DNA of 64,000 bases from an uncultured Gemmatimonadales bacterium (GCA_963809895.1 CAWELD010000010.1:1120001-1184000); one strand, 5' to 3'; shown: positions 40,902 to 51,037, numbered from the stretch's first letter. Notes: a model not told the origin generated them from the sequence alone. Numbers and translations: made by a program.

Positions 40902-42127
40902 CGCCGAGCCCGGAGCTCGGCCGCCTTGTCGCGCAGATCCACGATGTGCGTGAGAAGCTCGTAGTTGCCGTGCCACTGCACGAAATCGGCCCCGCCCATG
41001 AACGCGCCGTGCTTGGCGGTCCGTCCGTAGTAGTGCCAGAGGTCGAAGTAGTCGAACTCCAGCGGCTCGTCGTACGGCTCGGGCGTGAGGAGCCCCTCGG
41101 CGTGCAACGAGTCCATGAGCGCGGCGGCGGCCGCGACCTTGGCGTTGGTGGCCACCACCACCGACTCGGCGGCGGCGTAGAAGGTGTCCGTGTGCGTCGC
41201 CGTGTGGCACGTGTTGCAGATGCCCTTCATGGCGTCCTGTCCCTGGACGTAGCCCGGGCGCTTCCGCGACACGTCGGCGAAGAGCCACCACGACAGCCGC
41301 TGGGTCACGTCGTGCGTCACGCCCGCCCCTTCCAGGCCACTCATGTGGCAGGTGGCGCAGGTGGGTACGGGCATGTCCGCGACCGACAGCGCGGCCGGTG
41401 GCGCGGACAGGTTCATGTCCGCCTTCTGCGCGTTGAAGAGCACGCCGTGCTTGGACTCCTCGTAGATCTCGAGCTGGGAGTGGTCCGGACCCATGTGGCA
41501 TTGACCACAGGTGCGGGGCTCGCGGGCCAGCGCCACCGAAGCCGAGTGGCGCGCGTGGCACTGCGTGCAGGTCCCGATGGAGCCGTCGGGGTTGGGCCGG
41601 CCCACGGCGTGGCAGGTGGCGCATCCCGAGCGGATCGCCGCCCCCCCTTCCAGCGTGGCCAGTGCGTTGGCCGGCCGCCTCACCGCGCCCGGGTGGTAGC
41701 GCTCCGCGAACTCGATCTGCTCGTCCGTGAAGGCGTCGGGGCCCATGACCGCCGCGAACGCCGGCGCCGCGTGGCGGCTGCGCAGGAACTGCTGGTACTG
41801 CTCGGCATGGCACTGCTGGCAGTTCAGGGCGGTGACCTGCTTCGCCAGCACGAAGCCGCGGTGATCGAAACTCTCCTGGCCGTCGGCGGGCTGATGGCAT
41901 TGCAGGCAGTTGACCCCCTGCTGCGCGTGCACGCTCCCCTCGTACTCGGCCACGATGGCCGCGGTCTCTTCGCGGTGGCAGGAGGCGCATTCGCCGGTGG
42001 CGCGCACCAGCGCGGCCGTGGGGTGTGAGGTGTCGCTCGTGGGTCGCCGGCGGTTCAGGAGGATGGCGGCCACCACCAGGGCGGTGCCCAGGAAGACAGC
42101 GAGAAACACGACCTTGAACGACTGCAT
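40898..42127 (-). CDS. Octaheme cytochrome c, hydroxylamine oxidoreductase (HAO) family
   Basis: 8 CxxCH; 'CGQCHMGPDHSQLEIYEESKHG', 'PTCATCHM', 'HGAFMGGADFVQWHG'; N-terminal TM helix. Confidence 0.85.
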   Translation of the reverse strand: MQSFKVVFLAVFLGTALVVAAILLNRRRPTSDTSHPTAALVRATGECASCHREETAAIVAEYEGSVHAQQGVNCLQCHQPADGQESFDHRGFVLAKQVTALNCQQCHAEQYQQFLRSRHAAPAFAAVMGPDAFTDEQIEFAERYHPGAVRRPANALATLEGGAAIRSGCATCHAVGRPNPDGSIGTCTQCHARHSASVALAREPRTCGQCHMGPDHSQLEIYEESKHGVLFNAQKADMNLSAPPAALSVADMPVPTCATCHMSGLEGAGVTHDVTQRLSWWLFADVSRKRPGYVQGQDAMKGICNTCHTATHTDTFYAAAESVVVATNAKVAAAAALMDSLHAEGLLTPEPYDEPLEFDYFDLWHYYGRTAKHGAFMGGADFVQWHGNYELLTHIVDLRDKAAELRARR

Positions 42128-42329
42128 GGTTCTCTCCGTGCGTGGCGAGCCGGCGGGAGCGGGCGTCCGCGGGCTCGTCCGGCCCCCGCCGAACGAACCG
42201 CTGGAGTCGCCCTGAGGATCTGTGCATGCCCCCGGTGCAAGCCCGAAGTGGCGTGAAACTAACATTGCTAGTATTCCGTAGAGGGTCGCGGCGGACGCTC
42301 GGGATCCGCCGCACGTGCCGGGAGAAGAC

Positions 42330-42665
42330 ATGAGCAAGGACACCCTGGGAGAGTTCGAGCACCAGGTGCTGCTGGCGACCCTGCGTCTGGGTGACGAGGC
42401 CTACAGCACCACGGTCGTGCTCGAGCTCGAGCGGGTCACCGGACGAGAAGTGGCCCCTGCCGCGGTCTACATCGCGCTGCGTCGCCTGGAGGAGGGCGGC
42501 TTCGCCCGCTCCGAGCTGCGCCCGCCCGGAGGCCAGGAGGGGGGCCGTGAGCGCCGTTACTTCGCGGTGACCCCGGCGGGCCTCGAGCTGATGCGGGAGT
42601 CGCGCCGCCGCTACGAGGCGCTGTGGGAAGGCATGGACGGACGGCTGGAGTCGGGACTGTCGTGA
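42330..42665 (+). CDS. PadR family transcriptional regulator
   Basis: 'LGEFEHQVLLA', 'AVYIALRRLE', 'RRYFAVTPAG'. Confidence 0.9.
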   Translation: MSKDTLGEFEHQVLLATLRLGDEAYSTTVVLELERVTGREVAPAAVYIALRRLEEGGFARSELRPPGGQEGGRERRYFAVTPAGLELMRESRRRYEALWEGMDGRLESGLS

Positions 42666-45361
42666 TGCCTGGGTCCGTCTCCCCACCGCGCTGGGCCCGC
42701 CGTCTCCTGCAACGCCTGCTGCCTCCGGGCGATCGGGGCAGCTTCCCGGCGGAGCTCGAGGAGCTCTACCGGATCCAGGTGGGCCGGCGAGGCTCGTGGC
42801 GCGCGAAGTGGTGGTACCGGCGACAGGTGCTGAGCCTTCTGGCCCGCACCGTTCGCAGGAACGGCGGGGCGATGATGAAATCGGTTCACGAAGTAGCGAA
42901 AGGAGTGGTGGACATGGACGGGTTGCGGCGAGACATCGGCTACGCGGTGCGGCGGCTGCTCAAGGCGCCGGGCTTCACCCTGGTGGCGCTGCTGTCGTTG
43001 GCGCTGGGTGTGGGAGCCAACACGGCGATCTTCAGCATCGTGGACGCGGTCATCCTGCGAGGGTCACCGCTCTCCAGGCCCGACGAGCTCGTCGAGCTCT
43101 ACATGCAGCAGCCGGGCTTCAGCCACGGAAGCCTGTCCTATCCCGACTACGTGGATCTCCGGGAGCAGATGTCCGATGTCTTCCAGGACATCGCGGCCTC
43201 TCGCCTGGCGCTCCTCACGGGCGACGGAGACGACGGAGCCGTGGAGATGCTGCCGGCGGAGATGGTGTCGGGCAACTACTTCGCCCTGCAGGGCATCGAG
43301 GCGTCCGTCGGTCGCACGATCCTGCCGTCGGACGACGTGGAAGGCGGTGCGGAGCAGGTGGTCATGCTCGGCCACGGGTTCTGGGAGCGGCGCTACGGCG
43401 GCGACCCGGGCATCGTCGGGCAGGAGATCCGCGTCGGTGGCCAGGCGCTCACCGTGGTGGGCGTCGTGGAGCAGGCGTACCAGGGCACGCTGCGGGGTCT
43501 GGTGCCGGACGTGTACGTGCCCGTGCATCTCGAATCGCGCGTGGACCCGGGCACCAACGATCTGACGCAGCGGGGCAACCAGTCCTACTTCGCCCGAGGG
43601 CGTCTCGTGGCCGGAGCGACGCCGGAGCAGGCGACGGTGGCCGCCCAGCGTGCCACGGACTGGCTGCACGCCACCTACCCGGACGACTGGGTGGCCGGCG
43701 AGGCCATCATCACCGTGCCCAGAGACGAGATCGTGGTGAATCCCATGATCGACCGCATTCTCGTGCCCGCCCTGGGCCTCCTGCTCGGTGTGGTGGGGAT
43801 CGTGCTTCTGATCGCCTGCGCCAACCTGGCGTCGTTCCTGCTGGCTCGCTCGGCCGATCGGCGGCGCGAGGTGGCAGTCCGGCTGGCGCTGGGTGCGCGG
43901 CGGGGCGTCCTCATCCGCCAGCTTCTGACCGAGACGGTGCTGCTGGGCCTCGCGGGAGGCGCTGCCGGCGTGGCCCTGGCGGCCTGGCTCATTCACGCCT
44001 TCCAGGGCGTGGATCTGCCGCTCCCTCTGCCGGTGGACCTGGGCCTCTCGCTGAACGCTCCCGTGCTGCTGTACGCGCTGGGCGTGTCGCTGCTGGCTGG
44101 GCTCCTGTTCGGGCTGACGCCCGCGGTCCAGGCCAGCAACCCGGCACTGGCGCCAACGCTGAAGAACGAGGCCACGGGACAGCCCCCGCGACGGTTCTCC
44201 CTCCGCAACGTGCTGGTCGTGGGCCAGGTCTCGCTCTCGCTCCTGCTGCTCGTGGGTGCCGGGCTCCTGCTGCGCAGCATGCAGGCTCGCCAGAACGTGG
44301 ATCCGGGATTCGGCAGTGAGCCCGCGGCCGTGGTGCAGATGGCCACCGGGGCCGGCGTTCCCGACGACGAGGTGCCGGCGCGGGTCCGGGAGCTCCTCCG
44401 ACGTGCCCGGGAGCTCGCCGGCGTGCGGGTGGCCGGGGTGGGCAGCAATCTGCACCTGAACACCCTGAGCACCTCCAGCCGCTACGTGGACGTGCCGGGT
44501 GTGGCCCCGCCGCCGGAGCGTGAGCACTGGCAGCTGGACTGGGCCTCCGTGTCGCCGGGGTTCATGGAGGCGGCGGGGCTCCATCTCCTGAGGGGCCGGA
44601 CCTTCACCGCGGCGGACGGTCCCGACGCCGATCCCGTGGTGATCGTGAACCAGGCCTTCGCGGACCAGTTCTTCGACGGGGAGGATCCGGTGGGCCGCTC
44701 CATCACCCTGGGCAGCCGGGAGCAGACGGTGGTGGGGCTGGTGAACACCGCGCGCATCCGTTCCCTGGGTGAGCCTCCGCGCCCCTTCGTGTACTCGGCC
44801 TTCGAGCAGTCGCCCAGCAGCTTTTTCTTCCTCGTCGCGCAGACCGACGGCGTGGATCCCCGGCGCACGGCGCTGGAGGTGAGTCGACTGGCCCGCGAGG
44901 TGGATTCCGACGCCAGGATCTACGACCAGACCACCATGGAGCGGCACCTGGCCGTGGTCCTCTTCCCGGCCAGGGCGTCGGCGCTGGCAGCCTCCGTGTT
45001 CGCGGGTCTGGCGCTGCTGCTGGCGGCCATCGGGCTGTACGGCGTCGTCAGCTACGCCGTGTCGAGGAAGACGCGCGAAGTGGGGATCCGCATGTCGTTG
45101 GGCGCCGAAAGCGGGCAGGTGGTGAGGATGCTCATGGCGCACGGACTCCGGCTGGTCGTCGTGGGGGGCGTGCTGGGCATGCTGCTGTCGGCCCTGGGCG
45201 CCCGGGTGCTGGCCCGGTTCCTCTACGGCGTCACGGCGCTGGACCCGCTGACGTTCTTCGGGACCGGCGGGGTGCTGCTGGCGGTGGCCGTGCTGGCGGC
45301 ATGGGTTCCGGCCAGACGCGTGGCGCGCGTGGACCCGGTGCGGGCGCTCAAGGTGGAGTAG
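42665..45361 (+). CDS. ADOP/MacB-FtsX duplicated ABC permease
   Basis: 'LALGVGANTAIFS', 'LLIACANLA', 'REVAVRLALGA', 'GLYGVVSY..TREVGIRMSLGA'. Confidence 0.92.
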   Translation: MPGSVSPPRWARRLLQRLLPPGDRGSFPAELEELYRIQVGRRGSWRAKWWYRRQVLSLLARTVRRNGGAMMKSVHEVAKGVVDMDGLRRDIGYAVRRLLKAPGFTLVALLSLALGVGANTAIFSIVDAVILRGSPLSRPDELVELYMQQPGFSHGSLSYPDYVDLREQMSDVFQDIAASRLALLTGDGDDGAVEMLPAEMVSGNYFALQGIEASVGRTILPSDDVEGGAEQVVMLGHGFWERRYGGDPGIVGQEIRVGGQALTVVGVVEQAYQGTLRGLVPDVYVPVHLESRVDPGTNDLTQRGNQSYFARGRLVAGATPEQATVAAQRATDWLHATYPDDWVAGEAIITVPRDEIVVNPMIDRILVPALGLLLGVVGIVLLIACANLASFLLARSADRRREVAVRLALGARRGVLIRQLLTETVLLGLAGGAAGVALAAWLIHAFQGVDLPLPLPVDLGLSLNAPVLLYALGVSLLAGLLFGLTPAVQASNPALAPTLKNEATGQPPRRFSLRNVLVVGQVSLSLLLLVGAGLLLRSMQARQNVDPGFGSEPAAVVQMATGAGVPDDEVPARVRELLRRARELAGVRVAGVGSNLHLNTLSTSSRYVDVPGVAPPPEREHWQLDWASVSPGFMEAAGLHLLRGRTFTAADGPDADPVVIVNQAFADQFFDGEDPVGRSITLGSREQTVVGLVNTARIRSLGEPPRPFVYSAFEQSPSSFFFLVAQTDGVDPRRTALEVSRLAREVDSDARIYDQTTMERHLAVVLFPARASALAASVFAGLALLLAAIGLYGVVSYAVSRKTREVGIRMSLGAESGQVVRMLMAHGLRLVVVGGVLGMLLSALGARVLARFLYGVTALDPLTFFGTGGVLLAVAVLAAWVPARRVARVDPVRALKVE

Positions 45362-45370
45362 AGGGTGTCC

Positions 45371-48058
45371 ATGCCGCCGCCACGGGCGCGGGCTCTGCTC
45401 CGCAGGCTCCTGCCTCCGGAGGACCGGGAGGTCTTTCCCGCCGAGCTGGACGAGCTCTTTCGCATGCGGGTCGAGCGAACGGGACGGGCGCGAGCCCGAT
45501 GGTGGTATCGGCGACAGATCGTGGATCTGGCGCGTCGGCGCCTGGGCGGGCGAGCCGTTCGGGCCATGAGAACCGTGACGGGGATCCTGGGAGGGTTCGT
45601 CGATATGGATGCGATCAAGCGCGACGTAGCCTACGCAGTGCGGCGCATGCTCAAGACGCCGGGCTTCACCCTGGTGGCCGTGCTGTCGTTGGCCCTGGGA
45701 ATCGGTGCCAACACGGCCATGTTCAGCGTGGTCAACGCGGTGCTCTTCCGGAAGCCACCGTTCCGGGCTCCCGAGGAGCTGATGGAGGTCTACACGTCGG
45801 AGAGCGCCGGGTACCTCTACTCGACCTCGTCCCAGCCCGACGCTCGTGACCTGCGCGCGGCCGCCTCGCAGGACGGAATCTTCCAGGACGTGGTGGCCAG
45901 TGAGACCTTCATCGCCAACGCGGGCGAGCCGGGCGAGAGCCAGATCGTGTTCGGCGAAGCCGTGTCCGCCACCCTCTTCGACGTGCTCGGCATCCAGCCG
46001 GTCGTGGGACGCGCGTTCACGCCCGATGAGGACGACGCCCCGGGTGAGGGCGCCGTGGCGGTGCTCGGCTACGGCTTCTGGCGGCAGACCTTCGGCGGAG
46101 ATCCCGGCGTCGTGGGGCGGAGCCTGCGCCTGAACCAGCGGGACTACACGATCGTAGGCGTCGCCCCCGAGTGGTACACGGGCGCCTTCCCGGCCTTTCG
46201 CACCGGTGTCTTCGTGCCCACGAGCATGGTGGACGATCTCCACGGCGGGAGCGCACGCTGGGACAGCCGTGGCAACCGGGGTGCCTTTCTCAAGGCGCGC
46301 CTGGCGCCGGGCGTGACGGCGGAGCAGGCCCAGACGTGGCTCACCCGTTTCAGCGCCGAGCAGGCCACGCGCTACCCCGAGACCAATCAGGACCGGGTCA
46401 TGACGCTGGTGCCTTCGGCGAAGGTGGCGGTGCACCCACTGGTGGACGGGGCTCTCACGCCGGTGGCGGCGCTTCTGTTGGTGGTGGTGGCGATCGTGCT
46501 CCTGATCGCGTGCACGAACCTGGCGGCCTTTCTGCTGGCCCGCGCCGAAGCGCGTCGCGCCGAGATCGCGGTCCGGCTGTCGCTGGGTGCCGGCCGCCTG
46601 GTTCTGATCCGCCAGCTCCTGGTTGAGACGGTGCTGCTGGCGTTCCTGGGAGGGCTGGGCGGCCTCCTGCTGGCCCACTGGACGGTTGCGCTCCTGGTGG
46701 GATTCCGTCCGCCCATTCCGCTCCCGCTGAGCCTCGAGTTTCCCCTGGACGGGCGCGTGCTCGGCTACACGCTGGGGATTTCCCTGTTGGCCGGGCTCCT
46801 CTTCGGCCTGGCTCCGGCGCTGCAGTCGACGCGGGGCGAGCTGGTGACCACACTTCGTGCCGACGGGGGGCGCAGCGGGGGAGGGCGAGGGCGTCTGAGA
46901 GGCGTCCTGGTGGTGGCGCAGGTCGCGCTGTCACTGGTCCTGCTCGTGGGCTCGGGCCTCTTTCTGCGATCCCTGCAGAAGGCGCAGCACATCGACCCGG
47001 GCTTCTACACGGGACACGCGGCGCTGCTGTGGCCCCAGATGGAGTTGAGCGGGCTCTCCGAGGCGGAGGCCCGCGCCTTCTATGCGGAGCTCGAGCGGCG
47101 CCTGGAGGCGCGGCCCGAGGTCGAGGCGGTGACCTACACGGACGTGCTGCCTCTGGGCTTCAGCATCAGCCTGTCGTCGCTGGACATTCCTGACGCCGCG
47201 GTGCCGTCGGCGAGGGCCGACGGCGTGTTCGACGTGGATCGCGCCTGGGTGGCGGACGACTTCTTCGACGCCATGGAGATTCCGCTGCTGCGTGGTCGAG
47301 GCTTCGAGCCGCAGGATGCGGAGTCCGGCGAGGGCGTGGCCATCGTGAGCCAGGCCTTCGTGGACCACTTCTGGCCGGGTCAGGAAGCGCTGGGTCGCAC
47401 CGTCACCAGTGGCAGCCGGACGGTGCGTGTGGTCGGGGTCGCCCGGGACACGAAGGTCCGCAGCCTCGGGGAGGATCCGCGCCCGCGCATCTACTTCGAT
47501 GCGGGCCAGCAGTACCTGGAGGGCGTGCAGTGGATCGTGAAGGGACCGGGACCCAGCGGCGAGTTGCTGCGCATGGCCCGCGACGAGGCGTTGGCGATGC
47601 AGCCGAACCTGGTCTTCTTCGATCAGCGCACCATGGAGGAGCAGATGGCCGTCCAGCTGTTCCCGCCGCGCATGGCGGCGCTGCTCCTGTCGGTCTTCGG
47701 TGGCCTGGCGCTGCTGCTGGCCGCCGTGGGGATCTGGGGCGTGGTGAGCCATGCCGTGGCACGCCGCACCCGTGAGGTGGGCATCCGCGTGTCCCTGGGC
47801 GCCACCGGCGGCCAGGTCGTGAAGCTCCTGGTGGCCAACGGGATGCGCCTGGTGGGCATGGGCGTGGTGGTGGGTCTCGTCCTGGCGGCGGGGGCCGGAT
47901 TCCTCATCGCCCGCTTCCTCTACGGCGTGGGCGCCCTGGACGTGGCGACCTTCCTGGGCATCCCCACTCTTCTGGTGGGCGTGGCCCTCGCCGCGGCGTT
48001 GGTGCCGGCGCGCCGGGCAGCCCGGGTGGATCCGGTGCGGGCGCTCCGGGCCGAGTAG
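45371..48058 (+). CDS. Second ADOP/MacB-FtsX duplicated ABC permease
   Basis: Same motifs as the upstream paralog; ends 'RVDPVRALRAE'. Confidence 0.92.
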   Translation: MPPPRARALLRRLLPPEDREVFPAELDELFRMRVERTGRARARWWYRRQIVDLARRRLGGRAVRAMRTVTGILGGFVDMDAIKRDVAYAVRRMLKTPGFTLVAVLSLALGIGANTAMFSVVNAVLFRKPPFRAPEELMEVYTSESAGYLYSTSSQPDARDLRAAASQDGIFQDVVASETFIANAGEPGESQIVFGEAVSATLFDVLGIQPVVGRAFTPDEDDAPGEGAVAVLGYGFWRQTFGGDPGVVGRSLRLNQRDYTIVGVAPEWYTGAFPAFRTGVFVPTSMVDDLHGGSARWDSRGNRGAFLKARLAPGVTAEQAQTWLTRFSAEQATRYPETNQDRVMTLVPSAKVAVHPLVDGALTPVAALLLVVVAIVLLIACTNLAAFLLARAEARRAEIAVRLSLGAGRLVLIRQLLVETVLLAFLGGLGGLLLAHWTVALLVGFRPPIPLPLSLEFPLDGRVLGYTLGISLLAGLLFGLAPALQSTRGELVTTLRADGGRSGGGRGRLRGVLVVAQVALSLVLLVGSGLFLRSLQKAQHIDPGFYTGHAALLWPQMELSGLSEAEARAFYAELERRLEARPEVEAVTYTDVLPLGFSISLSSLDIPDAAVPSARADGVFDVDRAWVADDFFDAMEIPLLRGRGFEPQDAESGEGVAIVSQAFVDHFWPGQEALGRTVTSGSRTVRVVGVARDTKVRSLGEDPRPRIYFDAGQQYLEGVQWIVKGPGPSGELLRMARDEALAMQPNLVFFDQRTMEEQMAVQLFPPRMAALLLSVFGGLALLLAAVGIWGVVSHAVARRTREVGIRVSLGATGGQVVKLLVANGMRLVGMGVVVGLVLAAGAGFLIARFLYGVGALDVATFLGIPTLLVGVALAAALVPARRAARVDPVRALRAE

Positions 48059-48079
48059 GTCGCCGTTGGGCGGCGCCCG

Positions 48080-49003
48080 TTACGGGGACGGCGACCCGCC
48101 GGTGCGCCGGCCCGACAGCATGGGATTGTCCAGCTCGTCCCGGATCAGGAAGGTCATGACGCCGTCGTCGTCCTCGGCGAACTCGACAGTGGAGCCTTCC
48201 ATGGTCTCCACCAGCTCGCCGTCCTCCATGAGCCCGGGCTGGAAGATGCCCGGCGCCAGCGGGAGGAGCATGATCTCGGTGGGCTCCGGTTCTCCGGTCT
48301 CGCCCGGGAACATGGTGGTGGCCCGCAGCGTGCCGTCGTCGCGATGCACGATGTCCATCGGCGCCGGGGGAGGAGCGTCCACGCCGTCCGGCAGGCTCGC
48401 CGGACCCAGCTCGTAATGGCCCACGTACGGCGCGGCCTCTTCATCGGTGACCATCCGGCGTTGCGACGGCTGCACCTCGATCTTCATGGGCACGGTCGTG
48501 GTGCCCCACGCCAACTCGAGCGTGGTGCCCGAGGTGTCGTAGCTCGGGAAGCTGAAGGTCAGAACCTCGACCGGATCCCCCTTCCGGGGCGTGACGGGGA
48601 AGCGGATCTGGTCGTCGGTGGGTTCGGGATGCTGGGTGTGGAACATCTTCACCCGGGGATCCAGCACCAGCTCCCACTGGTCCGGGTTCACCACCATCCA
48701 CACGGAATACGTGCCCATGGGGACGTCGTGCCCCTCGAGCTCGATGTCCTTGTTGAGGTCGAGCGTGGTCGCCCAGTTGGCTCCCGGCGTCCACACCTCG
48801 CCCCACGTCACCACCTCACCGAACAGATCCGAGCGTCCGCGGGCCCGCGGACGGGAGTATTCCAGGGTGATGACGGTGCCGTCCACCGTCTGCGACACGG
48901 TGGCACGCTCGCTGGCACGGATCTGGGCGTGGGTGGGGCGGGGGCATCCGATGAGGAGCCCGGCAGCGAGGGCGAGCGCCCCCGGTACGCGAGAGGCGTG
49001 CAT
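48080..49003 (-). CDS. DUF2911 domain protein with a C-terminal extension
   Basis: Signal peptide; 'YSRPRARGR..FG..W..GANWAT'. Confidence 0.82.
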   Translation of the reverse strand: MHASRVPGALALAAGLLIGCPRPTHAQIRASERATVSQTVDGTVITLEYSRPRARGRSDLFGEVVTWGEVWTPGANWATTLDLNKDIELEGHDVPMGTYSVWMVVNPDQWELVLDPRVKMFHTQHPEPTDDQIRFPVTPRKGDPVEVLTFSFPSYDTSGTTLELAWGTTTVPMKIEVQPSQRRMVTDEEAAPYVGHYELGPASLPDGVDAPPPAPMDIVHRDDGTLRATTMFPGETGEPEPTEIMLLPLAPGIFQPGLMEDGELVETMEGSTVEFAEDDDGVMTFLIRDELDNPMLSGRRTGGSPSP

Positions 49004-49035
49004 GGAAGGTTCTGGATGGGGGGGATCGTGCCCGA

Positions 49036-49500
49036 CTACATGCGGCCGGGGTGGTGCTTCATTTCTCCTGCGCCCCCGAAGCGGGCGTCGATGGCGTTGC
49101 GGATCTGGTCCAGCGACTGGCCCTCCTGGTAGCGGCGGTACGCCAGCCGGCCCTGCCCCTGGCAGATGGGACAGAACTTGGCCATGCCCCCCTCTTCGTA
49201 GCAGGTGAGGAGGGAGCGATACCCCGGCAGATCCGCGCACCCGCAGTGGCAGCGGATGCCATCCACGATCTGGGGGATCTCCCGCACGCCGTCGTAGATG
49301 GGAATGACGTCGGGCACGTCCTGGAGGTCCTCCGGCTTCAGCACGTGCGAGGCATCGATCCCGGGGCGGGGATCGGGGTGGTCCGGGCCCGGCCGCGGAG
49401 GGATGACGCTGGCGCGCAGCGGACGCGCAAGCGCCGCCAGCGCCACGGCCGCAGCCGGCAGCGCCGCCAGGAACTGGCGTCGGGAGGGTTGATCGCACAT
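49036..49500 (-). CDS. PCYCGC-motif-like protein with a Tat signal
   Basis: 'SRRQFL'; 'RCHCGC..SLLTCY..CPIC'. Confidence 0.75.
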   Translation of the reverse strand: MCDQPSRRQFLAALPAAAVALAALARPLRASVIPPRPGPDHPDPRPGIDASHVLKPEDLQDVPDVIPIYDGVREIPQIVDGIRCHCGCADLPGYRSLLTCYEEGGMAKFCPICQGQGRLAYRRYQEGQSLDQIRNAIDARFGGAGEMKHHPGRM

Positions 49501-49702
49501 GGCTGTCTCGGAGGGCTGAATGAATGCCGCTAACATAGCGCGCGGCGATTCGTGGGGTAAAGACCGGCCTGGACCCTTCCGCATCGATCCCGGTCCGTTT
49601 ATCGTATCGAACCGATACGACGCGCCGCCCCGGTCCCCAATGGCCGGGGCGGCGTGTCACATACGCCTCCACCGTCCCGTCTCCCGCAAGCGGTGAACAG
49701 CC

Positions 49703-50197
49703 ATGTTGGACGAGATTCGCGACAAGATCGAAGCAGAGATCGTCCGGTTGACCCAGGAGCTCAACGTGGAGCTTCCGGCTCGCATCAAGACCGCCGTGGA
49801 GCACGGCGATCTGCGAGAGAACGCCGAATACAAGTCCGCGCTGGAGCGCCAACAGTTCGTGCAGGCGCGCATCGGGCACCTCCAGCAGCGCATGTCGGAG
49901 CTCTCCAAGATCGATGTCAGCGCCATGCCGCTGGACCGCGTCGGGTTCGGCTCGAAGGTGAAGCTCTTCGATGCCTTCATGGAGGAAGAGGTGGAGTTCA
50001 CCATCGTCGCGGGGGATTTCATGGACCTCGACGGCGGCCAGGTGTCCATCGCCTCACCCATCGGCCGGGGTCTTCTCGGCGCCCGTGAGGGTGAGGAGGT
50101 CGTGATCGCCCTCCCCGTGGGGGACCGCACGTTCAAGGTGCTGGAGCTCACGACGCTCCCGCAGCAGGTGGGGGTGGAGGCCGAAGACCAGGGCTAG
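49703..50197 (+). CDS. greA: GreA/GreB transcription elongation factor
   Basis: 'HGDLRENAEY', 'SIASPIGRGLLG'. Confidence 0.9.
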   Translation: MLDEIRDKIEAEIVRLTQELNVELPARIKTAVEHGDLRENAEYKSALERQQFVQARIGHLQQRMSELSKIDVSAMPLDRVGFGSKVKLFDAFMEEEVEFTIVAGDFMDLDGGQVSIASPIGRGLLGAREGEEVVIALPVGDRTFKVLELTTLPQQVGVEAEDQG

Positions 50198-50293
50198 CCC
50201 TGGCCACGGAGCTTCGAGGACGCGGCATTCGGGAAGGATCCCGGCCGCCGGGGGTAGTGGCGCGCTCCGACCTCATCTCGCCACACCCGCCCC

Positions 50294-51037
50294 ATGAGCC
50301 GACCATCCCATCCCTCCTCTCCTCGACCGGGAGTTGCAGGCTCCGGGTCCGACGAGGTCGTGCTCCGCGTCCGGGATCTGACCCGTCGTTACCGCGAGGG
50401 TGAGCGCGAGCACACGGTCCTGGACGGCGCGTCGGCGGAGATCCGCCGGGGCGAGCTGGTCGTCCTGCTCGGGCCCAGCGGGAGCGGCAAGTCCACCCTG
50501 CTCAATCTCGTGAGCGGGATCGACACACCCGACGGCGGGTGGATCGAGGTCGACGGCGTACGCATCACCTCGCTGAACGAGCGCGAGCGCACGCTGTTCC
50601 GTCGCCGCCACATCGGCTTCGTCTTCCAGTTCTTCAACCTCCTGCCCACCCTGACGGTGCTGGAGAACCTCCTCCTTCCCCTGGAGCTCAAGGGATCGGT
50701 GGGCCCCGACGAGACGGCCCGTGCCCGGAGCCTGCTGGAACGCGTCGGGCTCCAGGACCGCGCCCACACCTTCCCGGATCGGCTCTCGGGAGGCGAGCAG
50801 CAGCGGGTGGCCCTGGTGCGGGCGCTGGTCCACGAGCCGGCGCTGGTGCTGGCGGACGAGCCCACGGGCAATCTGGATCCCGACACCGGTGAGCGGATCC
50901 TCACGCTCCTGGAGGAGCTCGTGCGGGAGCACGGGCGCACGGTGCTGGCGGTGACCCACTCCCGTGACGTGGCTGCCCGGGCCGATCGGGTTGTGCGCAT
51001 CGACCACGGCCGGCTCGTGGAGGCCGAGGTCCGGTGA
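50294..51037 (+). CDS. ABC ATP-binding protein (LolD/MacB type)
   Basis: [24 protein letters not shown]. Confidence 0.93.
   Translation: MSRPSHPSSPRPGVAGSGSDEVVLRVRDLTRRYREGEREHTVLDGASAEIRRGELVVLLGPSGSGKSTLLNLVSGIDTPDGGWIEVDGVRITSLNERERTLFRRRHIGFVFQFFNLLPTLTVLENLLLPLELKGSVGPDETARARSLLERVGLQDRAHTFPDRLSGGEQQRVALVRALVHEPALVLADEPTGNLDPDTGERILTLLEELVREHGRTVLAVTHSRDVAARADRVVRIDHGRLVEAEVR

Noticed and set aside
40898..42127. Evidence of ammonia oxidation or anammox
   Set aside because: No amo, cycAB or hzs genes in the window, and the protein looks like a short reductive-type HAO homologue.
43064..46678. 1204-aa minus-strand ORF and similar long shadow ORFs (35600-38386, 6971-8800, 52944-55004)
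   Set aside because: Antisense to well-supported genes, with no motifs; typical high-GC artefacts.
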